From contig JAZOVD010000035.1 of the NCBI GenBank assembly GCA_045658525.1, positions 1-56,410 on the forward strand: 56,410 nucleotides of DNA, in the 5' to 3' direction. The notes under the pieces were generated by a model. That model ran no database searches and was not told the DNA's origin. It saw only the letters and a list, made by a program, of their open reading frames with translations. A program made the translations under genes and the position numbers. This DNA comes from Eubacteriales bacterium. GTDB lineage: Bacteria > Bacillota > Clostridia > Oscillospirales > CAG-272. This document shows, piece after piece, positions 1-9,100 of the stretch; positions within the stretch are counted from its first letter, which is position 1; the number at the start of each line of letters is the position of its first letter.

Positions 1-1
1 T

Positions 2-301
2 GCAAGTCTCGTACTTAAAATAACCATCAACGGCAGAACAACGACCTACAATGTAAGTGATCTTGTAGCTAACGAGGATACGGGCTATTACACCGTATAT
101 TTCCGCGGCATACTCGCGACGGAGTACGGTGACGTAGTAACTGCAAGCTTCTACAATGGAGAGACGCAGGTCGGACAGAGCGCAACGTATTCTATAAACT
201 CCTACGTTTACAGTATGCAGAACAGCGCGACCGAGAACCTTGCTCCGCTTGTACAGGCAACCTACAACTACGGCGTATCTGCTGAAAACTACGCAGGATA
301 A
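2..301 (+). CDS. 3' end of a large secreted/surface protein (5'-truncated by window) carrying the shared C-terminal domain
   Basis: Not in ORF track. Frame 2 is open from the window start to TAA 299-301: ...YFRGILATEYGDVVTASFYNGETQVGQSATYSINSYVY...LVQATYNYGVSAENYAG, homologous to the C-terminus of 772..5334 (YFDGILAVSFDQPVTAVF...YSVNSYIY...YNYGKSANTYFG). Confidence 0.9.
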   Translation, partial: ASLVLKITINGRTTTYNVSDLVANEDTGYYTVYFRGILATEYGDVVTASFYNGETQVGQSATYSINSYVYSMQNSATENLAPLVQATYNYGVSAENYAG

Positions 302-309
302 GGAGGTCA

Positions 310-459
310 ATGACAATGGAAAAGAAAATGTACGAAAAAGCCGAGCTTGAATATATCAAACTCAAAAAGGAAGATATAATAACGTTAAGCGGTGGCGGAG
401 ACGATTATATCGAAGACAACGGCGGTTTTGACACTCCCGACGACGAGTTTGCACAGTAA
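310..459 (+). CDS. small acidic peptide with RiPP-leader-like N-terminus (49 aa, or 47 aa from ATG 316)
   Basis: AGGAGG at 301-306 overlaps the upstream stop; MTMEKKMYEKAELEYIKLKKEDIITLSGGGDDYIEDNGGFDTPDDEFAQ; aligns without gaps to the N-half of 5361..5510. Confidence 0.8.
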   Translation: MTMEKKMYEKAELEYIKLKKEDIITLSGGGDDYIEDNGGFDTPDDEFAQ

Positions 460-469
460 GGATTTTTCT

Positions 470-540
470 CTTCTTTCTTGAAAGAAAGAAGCAAAGAACT
501 TTTCTCCCACGCTCCCGTGATACAAGAACGTGGGAGAAAA
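470..540. repeat. two inverted repeats after the peptide gene (possible terminator or dispersed repeat)
   Basis: CTTCTTTCTT-GA-AAGAAAGAAG and TTTTCTCCCACG...CGTGGGAGAAAA. Confidence 0.5.
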
Positions 541-592
541 TAGTTTGTTTATTTTTCTTCAAGAAAATAGAAAAGCCTATGTACAATAATCG

Positions 593-660
593 GTAGGGGG
601 CGGCACCCACGACGCCCCGAGCTCCCACCAAATTGGTAGGAGAGGGGCTTGCTCCTCCCG
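593..660 (+). repeat. two GTAG-type REP-like palindromes
   Basis: GTAGGGGGCGGCACCCACGACGCCCCG and GTAGGAGAGGGGCTTGCTCCTCCCG: GTAG followed by a GC-rich imperfect palindrome. Confidence 0.55.
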
Positions 661-771
661 AAACTCTCCACCAAACTAAATACCACCACTCTATGATACA
701 ATATTAAATTTTACGCAATGTTACCCATAGAAAAGTAGGCAACAAAAATAAAATAAAGAAAGGAACGCAAA

Positions 772-3700
772 ATGAAATCAACGAAAAAACTCGTTACGCT
801 GTTATCATTACTTTTAATGGTAATTATAGCAGTCCCTACCCTCGCTCTGACCGCTATATACGCTGACGACGACGAAGTCGAAGCGGCAAGCGGCACGTCG
901 ATTGACCTCTATCTTATAGGCGGTCAATCAAACGCATCGGGTACTTCTAAAATAGTAGATACCAATGCAGCATACGCACTTGCACCCGAGCTTAAAAACG
1001 GATTTAGCCACGTTTTATATGCAGGCAAGCCATTAAGAACCAGCTCATTCGACATAACTTGGGAACCCACCAAGCTCGGAATGGGTCAGAATACGGACTA
1101 TCTCGGACCCGAAGCGGGAATGGCAGTAGCTCTTTCCAAATACTACAACGCCGAGACGGGCAAGATAGCAGGTATCCTTAAATATGCTCACGGCGGAAGC
1201 AAGCTTTCGGGCAACGATACCACAAACACGTCGGCTAACTGGGTCTCTCCATCTTACGCCGAGGCAAACGGTTGGGATTACGGAACAGCCCCCACCGGCT
1301 TACACTATGCAGAATTTGTTAAAGTGTTCAAGGAAAAGGTAACCGCACTCGTTGATATGGGATATACCGATATAAACATAAAGGGTATGTACTGGATGCA
1401 GGGCGAGGGCGACAGAGGTGACAATGACCCTACTAACGAATCAAGGTACTATGCTATCGCGCTCAAATATCTGATAAGTGACCTTCGCGCCGATCTTTCA
1501 GATATAATGAAAGAGGTATATGTCACCGACGACGGCGGAGCTTCCGATATGCCCTTCTACATAGGCGCCATATCTGAAACCTTTGCTCTTTCCAATTCCA
1601 CCACACAGGCACTAAACCAGAAGTTTATAGAGATACAGAAATCAGTTGCCGCTGAGGTTGCAAACTGCTACTTCATAGACAACAGTCAGTACAAAATATC
1701 CGAATACGACCCTGAAACTAACTCTGCGATAGTCCTTGGAAGCGACACAGCGCATTGGAACCAATCGGATATACTCACGATAGGCCAGACCGTTGGCTTT
1801 GATATGTACAACTACGGCGTTATACCCGATGAATACGCAAGCACTTCAACCTATCCTTTCGTTGTTTTTAATGAGGGTACGTTCGTAGGCGCGGCTAAGA
1901 CGTGGGCAAATGCAAATAATCTCGCAAGAGTAGCCCTTGACGCTTCTAACGGAAGCACCATTTCCGTCTTTATGAGAGCAGACGTTTCATCAACAACAGG
2001 TATCTCTCACAATGACACGACCGGCGTTTCTGATAGAATCGCATTTATGAACGGTACGGTAGTAATCGACCTCGGCGGAAACACTATCACAAACACAAAG
2101 ACGTTATTTGAGGGTGGAACAAAGGTTTACGCAGGAAGCTTCGACACGACTTACATAGTCAAGAATGGAACGGTTCTCTGCGGTAGCGGAGTTATATTTG
2201 CTACCGAGTCAAGAAGCAACCACAATAAGAAGATGGATATCGTTTTCGATAACGTAAGGTTCGATACCGATCCTGCTCTTATTGAGGCTAATTCCAGAAA
2301 TAAAATGTTCCTTTCGTATTCTGATTCCGCAAGTTACACGGGAATTCTCGATCTCTCGCTCACCTTTAACAATTGTAAAATGAATCTTAGCGGTTTTTCG
2401 GAGACCTGCGCCTATACGGTATTTAGCTTCCCTTCAACCCCTGACGACGTAGCGGTCGATATAACCTTTAACGGCGGCGAGATACTCACTGACGAAGGCT
2501 TCGACTACGTTACGCTTGCGAATATCGACGCAAACGACACCTTGGTTTTCGACAAGAACGCTTCGGGTAATTATACCACTCTTACCGTTCCCGAGGACTA
2601 TACACCTCCCTTTATCAGCGGTGTAAACAACGAGGGAAAAACCGTTGTGTTCTGCGCAGATAATAAGGCAAAGAGCGGTTATCTTACCTATTCTCTCCGT
2701 GTGGAAAGAGATACCGCATACGGCGAGATACCTGAGAACTACGCAAACTTCAACACATACCCATTCGCTATGTTCGTTGACGGACAATTCAAATCTGTCG
2801 CAACAAACTGGACGGGTGCGTTAAATAATGCACGCGCATATCTCGTAAGCAACCCCGGAGATACAGTTAACGTCCTTATGCGTATTAACCAAAACGGCAC
2901 TTGGAACCCCGTAAAACTCGGACACGTTATGGGAACTATCAACATAGACCTCGGCGGATATTCTCTGACAAGAACTAACTGGTCTTTGTTAGAAGCTGCC
3001 ACCAATGATTACACGGATAGCAGTAGTGTTATACATACTATGGACGATACCAAAAGCGCAACTGCGGCAAATATCATAGTAAAGAACGGAACGATACTTG
3101 CAAACGGAAGCGTTGTAGCGTATCAGGTATACAACAATTACGATAAAACTATAAACGTTACCTTCGATACTGTAAAATTTGCTCTTGCCAAAACCGCCGT
3201 TTCTCAATTGAGCGTATCTTGGGCAGCACAAAATAGCGGAACGGGAATAATAAGCTCCGACATCAACTTCAAAAACTGCACTTTTGATTTCACCGATATT
3301 GTTCCTGAAAGCACGTTATATTTATCCGATTTCGCCAGAGGAGCTTCCTCACATAAAATAAACGTAACCTTTGACGGAGGAAGCATAAAGGGAACAGTCT
3401 CCAATATAAAGCCGTACAGCATAAGTGCAAACGACACCGTTAAGTTCATAAACAGCGGAAACGGCTACACAAAGTACCTTGCCAGCGCGGGAACTCCCGT
3501 TACCGGTGCGATGACCACCGATAAGGATACGATGTATTTCGCAAAAGACCCTATGGAAGCCGTAAGCGGTTACACCGTATATAAGCTCGGAGTTCAGTTC
3601 AGCGGTTACGGCACTGTTCCTGCTGAGTACTACTACGACACCTCTACATATCCTTTCGTTGCCGCTAAGAACGGAACGTTTATAGGCGCGGGAGCTTGGG

Positions 3701-5334
3701 CTAAGATAAACAACGTCGCAAGAGTGGTTCTCGACGCGGATAACGGCGCTACGGTCAATATCATTATGAGAGCAAACGCCACGTCAAACAGTATCGCTAC
3801 CGAAGACAGAATTTGCTTTATGAACGGCACGGTAACAGTTGACCTCGGCGGAAAAACTCTCACAAGCTCGAACACTGTATTCGAGGGCGGAACCAAGACT
3901 TACACAGGTAGCTTCGACACGACTTACATAGTCAAGAACGGAACTGTTCTTTGCGGTAAGGGCTTTATATTCGCTACCGAAAGCAGAAGCAACTACGATA
4001 AGAAGATGGATATCGTTTTCGATGGCGTAACCTTCGATGCCGATCCCGCTCTTATTGCGGCTAATTCCAGAAACAGAATGTTCCTTTCGTATAATGACCA
4101 AGCCGCTTACACGGGACTTCTCGATCTCTCGCTCACATTCAATAACTGCGTAATGGATCTGCGCGGTCTTACGATAGCTTACACGGTATTCAACTTCCCG
4201 TCAACTCCCGACGACGTTGCGGTCGATATAACCTTTAACGGCGGTAAAATACTCGGAGACGCAAGCTTTGACGGCGTTAAGCTCGCTACCATCGACTCAA
4301 ACGACACGTTTAAATTCGGTAAGTATAACAACGCCTACACCACGCTTACACTTCCCGTTGGAGTAAACGCTCCCGAGACGGTCTTTAATACCGTTATAGG
4401 CGAGAACGTCATATTCAAAAAGACCTCATCTACCGAAGCGGAGGTTAATTACGCGTTAAAGAATAACGATTTCAAGATAGTAACCACGTTCCTCAATCTC
4501 ACCTCTGACATCAATATCTATTTCAGAACAAATATTCCCGCGGGATACACCGATCCCTATATGCAATTCGTATTCAACGGAAACACCTATTCGACCGATG
4601 AGTACATTATAGACGAGAACGGAACTTACTGCTTCGCGTTCAAGAACATCGCTCCTCAGTATATGGGCGTAACGGTAAACGCCACGCTCTACGCAACGTA
4701 CAACGGCGAGACGGTGAGCTACGAGAGCAACGGTTTCAGTATTCTCACCTACTGCAAATATCTGCTTGACAACCACACAGACGAAAAACTCCTTGCTCTT
4801 GTAAGCGACCTGCTCGTTTACGGCGCAAAAGCTCAGGTATATGCAGACTATGACGTCGATAATCTCGTTACAAACGGTCTTACACTCGATGACGCAAGCG
4901 TATTCGAGACCCTTGACCAAAGCGCAAACAAGCTCACCCTCACAGGCGAGGCTTCCGAGCTTGCCGATTGGAAGAACGTCGGTCTCTACCTTGAAAACGA
5001 CATCGCGCTCAAGCTTGGCTTCACCGCTGAATCGACCGAGGGTCTTACGGTTGAGATAACCGTAAACGGAAACACCACGGTAATAGATACTTCCACGCTC
5101 ACACTCGATGACGACGGTGTTTACAGAATATACTTTGACGGAATACTCGCTGTAAGCTTCGATCAGCCTGTTACCGCGGTATTCAAGCTTAACGGCGAGC
5201 AGATAGGACAGACTATCACCTACTCTGTGAACTCTTATATTTACATAAATCAGAACTCGGATGACAACGCGCTTCTCGAACTTATCGAGGCTATATACAA
5301 TTACGGTAAGTCCGCTAACACCTACTTCGGCTGA
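772..5334 (+). CDS. large secreted protein: SASA/CE6-like SGNH acetylesterase domain, three ~300-aa repeats and the shared C-terminal domain
   Basis: Signal peptide; GGQSNASG, WMQGEGD and DTAH motifs; repeats beginning YGxIP/VPxxY...YPF at nt 1813, 2719, 3607; RBS GAAAGGA. Confidence 0.85.
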   Translation: MKSTKKLVTLLSLLLMVIIAVPTLALTAIYADDDEVEAASGTSIDLYLIGGQSNASGTSKIVDTNAAYALAPELKNGFSHVLYAGKPLRTSSFDITWEPTKLGMGQNTDYLGPEAGMAVALSKYYNAETGKIAGILKYAHGGSKLSGNDTTNTSANWVSPSYAEANGWDYGTAPTGLHYAEFVKVFKEKVTALVDMGYTDINIKGMYWMQGEGDRGDNDPTNESRYYAIALKYLISDLRADLSDIMKEVYVTDDGGASDMPFYIGAISETFALSNSTTQALNQKFIEIQKSVAAEVANCYFIDNSQYKISEYDPETNSAIVLGSDTAHWNQSDILTIGQTVGFDMYNYGVIPDEYASTSTYPFVVFNEGTFVGAAKTWANANNLARVALDASNGSTISVFMRADVSSTTGISHNDTTGVSDRIAFMNGTVVIDLGGNTITNTKTLFEGGTKVYAGSFDTTYIVKNGTVLCGSGVIFATESRSNHNKKMDIVFDNVRFDTDPALIEANSRNKMFLSYSDSASYTGILDLSLTFNNCKMNLSGFSETCAYTVFSFPSTPDDVAVDITFNGGEILTDEGFDYVTLANIDANDTLVFDKNASGNYTTLTVPEDYTPPFISGVNNEGKTVVFCADNKAKSGYLTYSLRVERDTAYGEIPENYANFNTYPFAMFVDGQFKSVATNWTGALNNARAYLVSNPGDTVNVLMRINQNGTWNPVKLGHVMGTINIDLGGYSLTRTNWSLLEAATNDYTDSSSVIHTMDDTKSATAANIIVKNGTILANGSVVAYQVYNNYDKTINVTFDTVKFALAKTAVSQLSVSWAAQNSGTGIISSDINFKNCTFDFTDIVPESTLYLSDFARGASSHKINVTFDGGSIKGTVSNIKPYSISANDTVKFINSGNGYTKYLASAGTPVTGAMTTDKDTMYFAKDPMEAVSGYTVYKLGVQFSGYGTVPAEYYYDTSTYPFVAAKNGTFIGAGAWAKINNVARVVLDADNGATVNIIMRANATSNSIATEDRICFMNGTVTVDLGGKTLTSSNTVFEGGTKTYTGSFDTTYIVKNGTVLCGKGFIFATESRSNYDKKMDIVFDGVTFDADPALIAANSRNRMFLSYNDQAAYTGLLDLSLTFNNCVMDLRGLTIAYTVFNFPSTPDDVAVDITFNGGKILGDASFDGVKLATIDSNDTFKFGKYNNAYTTLTLPVGVNAPETVFNTVIGENVIFKKTSSTEAEVNYALKNNDFKIVTTFLNLTSDINIYFRTNIPAGYTDPYMQFVFNGNTYSTDEYIIDENGTYCFAFKNIAPQYMGVTVNATLYATYNGETVSYESNGFSILTYCKYLLDNHTDEKLLALVSDLLVYGAKAQVYADYDVDNLVTNGLTLDDASVFETLDQSANKLTLTGEASELADWKNVGLYLENDIALKLGFTAESTEGLTVEITVNGNTTVIDTSTLTLDDDGVYRIYFDGILAVSFDQPVTAVFKLNGEQIGQTITYSVNSYIYINQNSDDNALLELIEAIYNYGKSANTYFG

Positions 5335-5360
5335 TAACGAGGCTCAGAAAGGAAATAACG

Positions 5361-5510
5361 ATGAATAACAAAAAGACATACGTTTCTGCCGAGATAAAGC
5401 TCATTGATATGAGCGAAAGCGACGTAATAAGAACCTCATCTGACGTACCCGGAATCAATCTTCCGGACGTTGAGCTTTCCTCTTATTTTTCAGGTAAATA
5501 CGACGCCTGA
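5361..5510 (+). CDS. small acidic peptide with RiPP-leader-like N-terminus (49 aa)
   Basis: RBS GAAAGGA; MNNKKTYVSAEIKLIDMSESDVIRTSSDVPGINLPDVELSSYFSGKYDA; lies between the big gene and the terminator; paralog of 310..459. Confidence 0.8.
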   Translation: MNNKKTYVSAEIKLIDMSESDVIRTSSDVPGINLPDVELSSYFSGKYDA

Positions 5511-5520
5511 TTCTAAGTAA

Positions 5521-5564
5521 AAACAAAAAGCTGTCTGAACAAAAGTTCAGACAGCTTTTTGTTT
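5521..5564. terminator. bidirectional intrinsic terminator
   Basis: AAACAAAAAGCTGTCTGAAC-AAAA-GTTCAGACAGCTTTTTGTTT perfect hairpin between convergent genes. Confidence 0.9.
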
Positions 5565-5573
5565 TAATTGTTT

Positions 5574-6131
5574 TTACGGAGCTATCGTGCCTAAATCATT
5601 TGTCACTCCCCATGCTTCCTCGACTACGCTTGCGGGTGATGACTGTATAGCGGATGCGAGTACCCGAACCGAAAGCTTATAACCGTCCGGCGCGTCAGAT
5701 ACCGCTTTACAGCTGTTTATAAGGTTAGAGGTCGAGGCATTAGGGGCAATGGCTTTTTTATGATACCAAAACCCGTCCGCGCCCTTTACCCAGTCGCTGG
5801 CGCCAAATTCAACGGTATAGTCAGTTCCCATAACAGGAACCTGAGAAAGTACGGTACTGCTATCTGTTTCCGATACCCAATTCACTATGATAATGGCACG
5901 GATAAAGGCGTCTGTATCGCCTGTGTTTTTGACGGCAACGTCACTCTTGGTACTGCCATCAAACGTTTCAGTTATCTCGCACGAAACGCGCGCAGGATCA
6001 AACTTGTTGTCGAGCGAGTCGGTCTTTGAGATTATAAGAGCCACCGTTCCGCCAACCGCGATAGCGGTTAAGATAATGACAGAGACGAGCAACGCCGTCA
6101 TTTTTTTAGATATTCCGTTAAAAATCGGCAT
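5574..6131 (-). CDS. SipW-dependent signal peptide protein (TasA/camelysin-like subunit)
   Basis: GGTVALIISKTDSLDNKFDPARV signal motif; VKNTGDTDAFIRA; start chosen at the ATG after AGGAGG. Confidence 0.8.
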   Translation of the reverse strand: MPIFNGISKKMTALLVSVIILTAIAVGGTVALIISKTDSLDNKFDPARVSCEITETFDGSTKSDVAVKNTGDTDAFIRAIIIVNWVSETDSSTVLSQVPVMGTDYTVEFGASDWVKGADGFWYHKKAIAPNASTSNLINSCKAVSDAPDGYKLSVRVLASAIQSSPASVVEEAWGVTNDLGTIAP

Positions 6132-6154
6132 ATACCCGCCTCCTTTCATTTTAT

Positions 6155-9100
6155 TTAATCAAAAACGTTAGTACTGATGCTGTTTCCGTCAAGCCACTTG
6201 TCGTTGCTTCTGCTATTGTTGAAGCTTACAGTATTGGAAGAAATGTTAACGCTGAGCGTTACCTCCCTGCTCGGGAGCGCCGTATCGTAACGCCACGACC
6301 AATCGGTAAGCTCGCTGACCGTGTATTTTCCGACAGGTAATTTCGCTACCGTTACCGAACCGTTACCGATAATACTTACGATAATATCTATGTTTTCGGT
6401 CTCCGTTCCGGAAACTCCGACTATTCTGAATATAAACGCCTGATCGGAGTCCGCGCTTTGAGTACCCAAGGTGCTGATAGTGAAATCCGTATTATCCGGA
6501 TCAAATCTCGCGTAATACGTCTGGTTATCCACCCATACGGCGTCACTCGCCTTTTGAGGCGTGAATTTGTTTGTTACAGGATCGACCCACGAGCTGTTTA
6601 CCGGCATAGTTCCCGCCGTATCAAGGAACCAACCGACAAAATGATAACCCGCGCTCGGTGTAGGAACAGAACCGTTTGCGACACCCGAGATCGCCGTTAC
6701 GTTCTCGGAATATTGACTGAGCGTTCCGCAGCCGTCAACTCCTACCGTCTGATATTTGATCGCTACCACCGCTTCCTGATATACGAACTCGATAACGTTG
6801 TGCGTAACGTTTGCTGAAAGCGTCATAGTCTTTGCGCTCTCACTTACCAGATTGTAACCTTTATTCGTAAGATCAGGAGCATAACTGACTATCTGCTCTC
6901 CGAAAAATCCCGTACCGTTTTGAGGAGCGATGATCGACGTTCCCGTACGGTTATCCACGTACATCACCGTATATGAGACCTCTTGGCGGTCATAGTACAT
7001 TTCTACGAGCATACCGCCCGTTCCAAGCTCATGAGTTACCTGAGAACTATTTACGGGAGTAAGCACTCCGTCTATCTTTGTCAACGCTCCGTTAAACTCA
7101 AAGCCTGTCAGTTCCAAAGCGTCAATAGTATAGCTTTCGCCTATATTACCTACCGTTTCTACGGAACGGTATTCGCGGTAAGTATCCTTAGAGATGTTTT
7201 CAATGTAGTGTACCACTTTGTAATAAGCGTGTACCTCGTCCGCCTTATAGTTAAACGTAATAACGTTACTGTCAAGTATGCCGTCTCCGTCCGTATCATC
7301 TCCCGAAGCTGACAGTATAAGACGCTTCTGATAAGCGTCAGGCATCATCTTATCTACTCTTATAAACGTTTCGGTAACTACCGACAGATTATTATTATCA
7401 ACCTTCTTTTGAGGCAACACTTCCGCGCCCGTATCCGCATCAAGATAACGAACTATATACGGCATACTTTCAACGTAAATATACTCGAACGTAAACGTAT
7501 GCGTTCCGTCAACGCTCATCGTGATCGTATGGCTGTTTACGAGAGGATAATAGCCCTCTCCGTATCCGTCGTACAGTTCGCTTCCAGCCTTAGCGTAGAA
7601 GGTCTCATTATGTCCCGCGATAGCGCTTCCTACCGTAGGATCGGCTATCGGCTCGCCCGTGCTTTGTAAAACGTAATTTATGGTATAATCGACCGATACG
7701 TGCGAGCTCCATTCGGCATAGATATTCATATCCTCGAAAACGGGAATGCTGTTAAAAGCGAACGCTTTTCTTTGCTGTACTCCATCGACCGTGTCCATAT
7801 AGAACCAGCCCTGGAATATATAGTTCCCGTTTTCGACAGCCTCCGTAGGAGCGTTAGCAAGCTCCTTATGCTTTACGTACTGGGTTTCGCCTATCTGCTC
7901 GGTAAGCGTAGCGTCCTTGAAAACCTTTACCGTATGAAGTATCGGTTCCCATTTCGCGTACAGCATCATATCGCCTTCAAGCATCGTTATGGTATCCCAG
8001 TTTACCTCCGTGCCGTCAAAGCACCCCGACGAGGTGTACCAACCGCCGAACGTATAAGCATTCGGTTCAAGGTTGGACGGATAATCGGGAGTAAACTCAT
8101 ACTCTTTAAGAGAATGACCGTACATTATGCCTGATACATTCTTATCGTTCAGAACTATACCGTTATTATTGAACTGCAACATGTGCTCGGTTATACGGGC
8201 ATAATAGAAATCTATATTTTTACTGCTGTTTATCTGATTACTGCTGTTAAATCCCGGATTTGAGGTAAGCTGAACGTAACCTTTTATATCAAAGAAGTCC
8301 TCCTGACGTGTAACGTAGCTGTATCTTGCCTTTACAGTCATCTTCAAAATATATTGCTTACCGCCGTATTCGTGAGTGTAAGCCTCACCCGGCAGGACTT
8401 CCAGATAATAATTCATCGTGTAAGGCTCGTTTGTGCTCTCGTCTAAGGTAAGCGTCATATTGCCCGGCGACATGTTCGCTATATATACCAAAACCTCGGT
8501 ATAGTAATCCGTTCCGGACGGATCCCAACGCTGTCCGTCGTCGTATAAAACTCCGTTATCATCCAATACCGGCCATATATCTTCAAGCGACTGCTGATAT
8601 TTACGCTGAACGATCTTAACAGTATTCACAGAGCCTGAATTATTGCAGGTATTCGAATGAGTGTGTCCTACGGGTATAGGACAGGTAAGCAAAAGACAGG
8701 TATCGATATGAACGTGAGGATCCGACCCACAGGAATAGCTGTAACAGTCCTCTCCGTGTGTATGGAGCTGATCCTTGTAGCAGGAATCCGTATGTGCGTG
8801 CTGCTCTACCGAACAACAGTCGTCTCCGTGAATATGCTCTGTTTCTCCGCATCGCGGATCAACTATATCCCCCGACGACGCGCCCCAGCCGTTATATCTG
8901 TACCACGTTCCCGCAATGTAGATATAGTAGTAATAGCTTCTTCTGTATATCTGTCCGTTCTGGGGATTGCTCGGCGCGTTAGCCGGAGTTGACGCGTTGC
9001 CGACGCTGGACCAACAGGATTTTGTATGAGTATGGATGACCGCGGAGCAACAGGCATCGCTATGCGTATGCTCGACTTTTCCGCAAGTAAGACATTCATC

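Noticed and set aside
362-631. 89-aa minus-strand ORF
   Set aside because: Overlaps the better-supported plus-strand peptide gene and runs through hairpin/REP DNA
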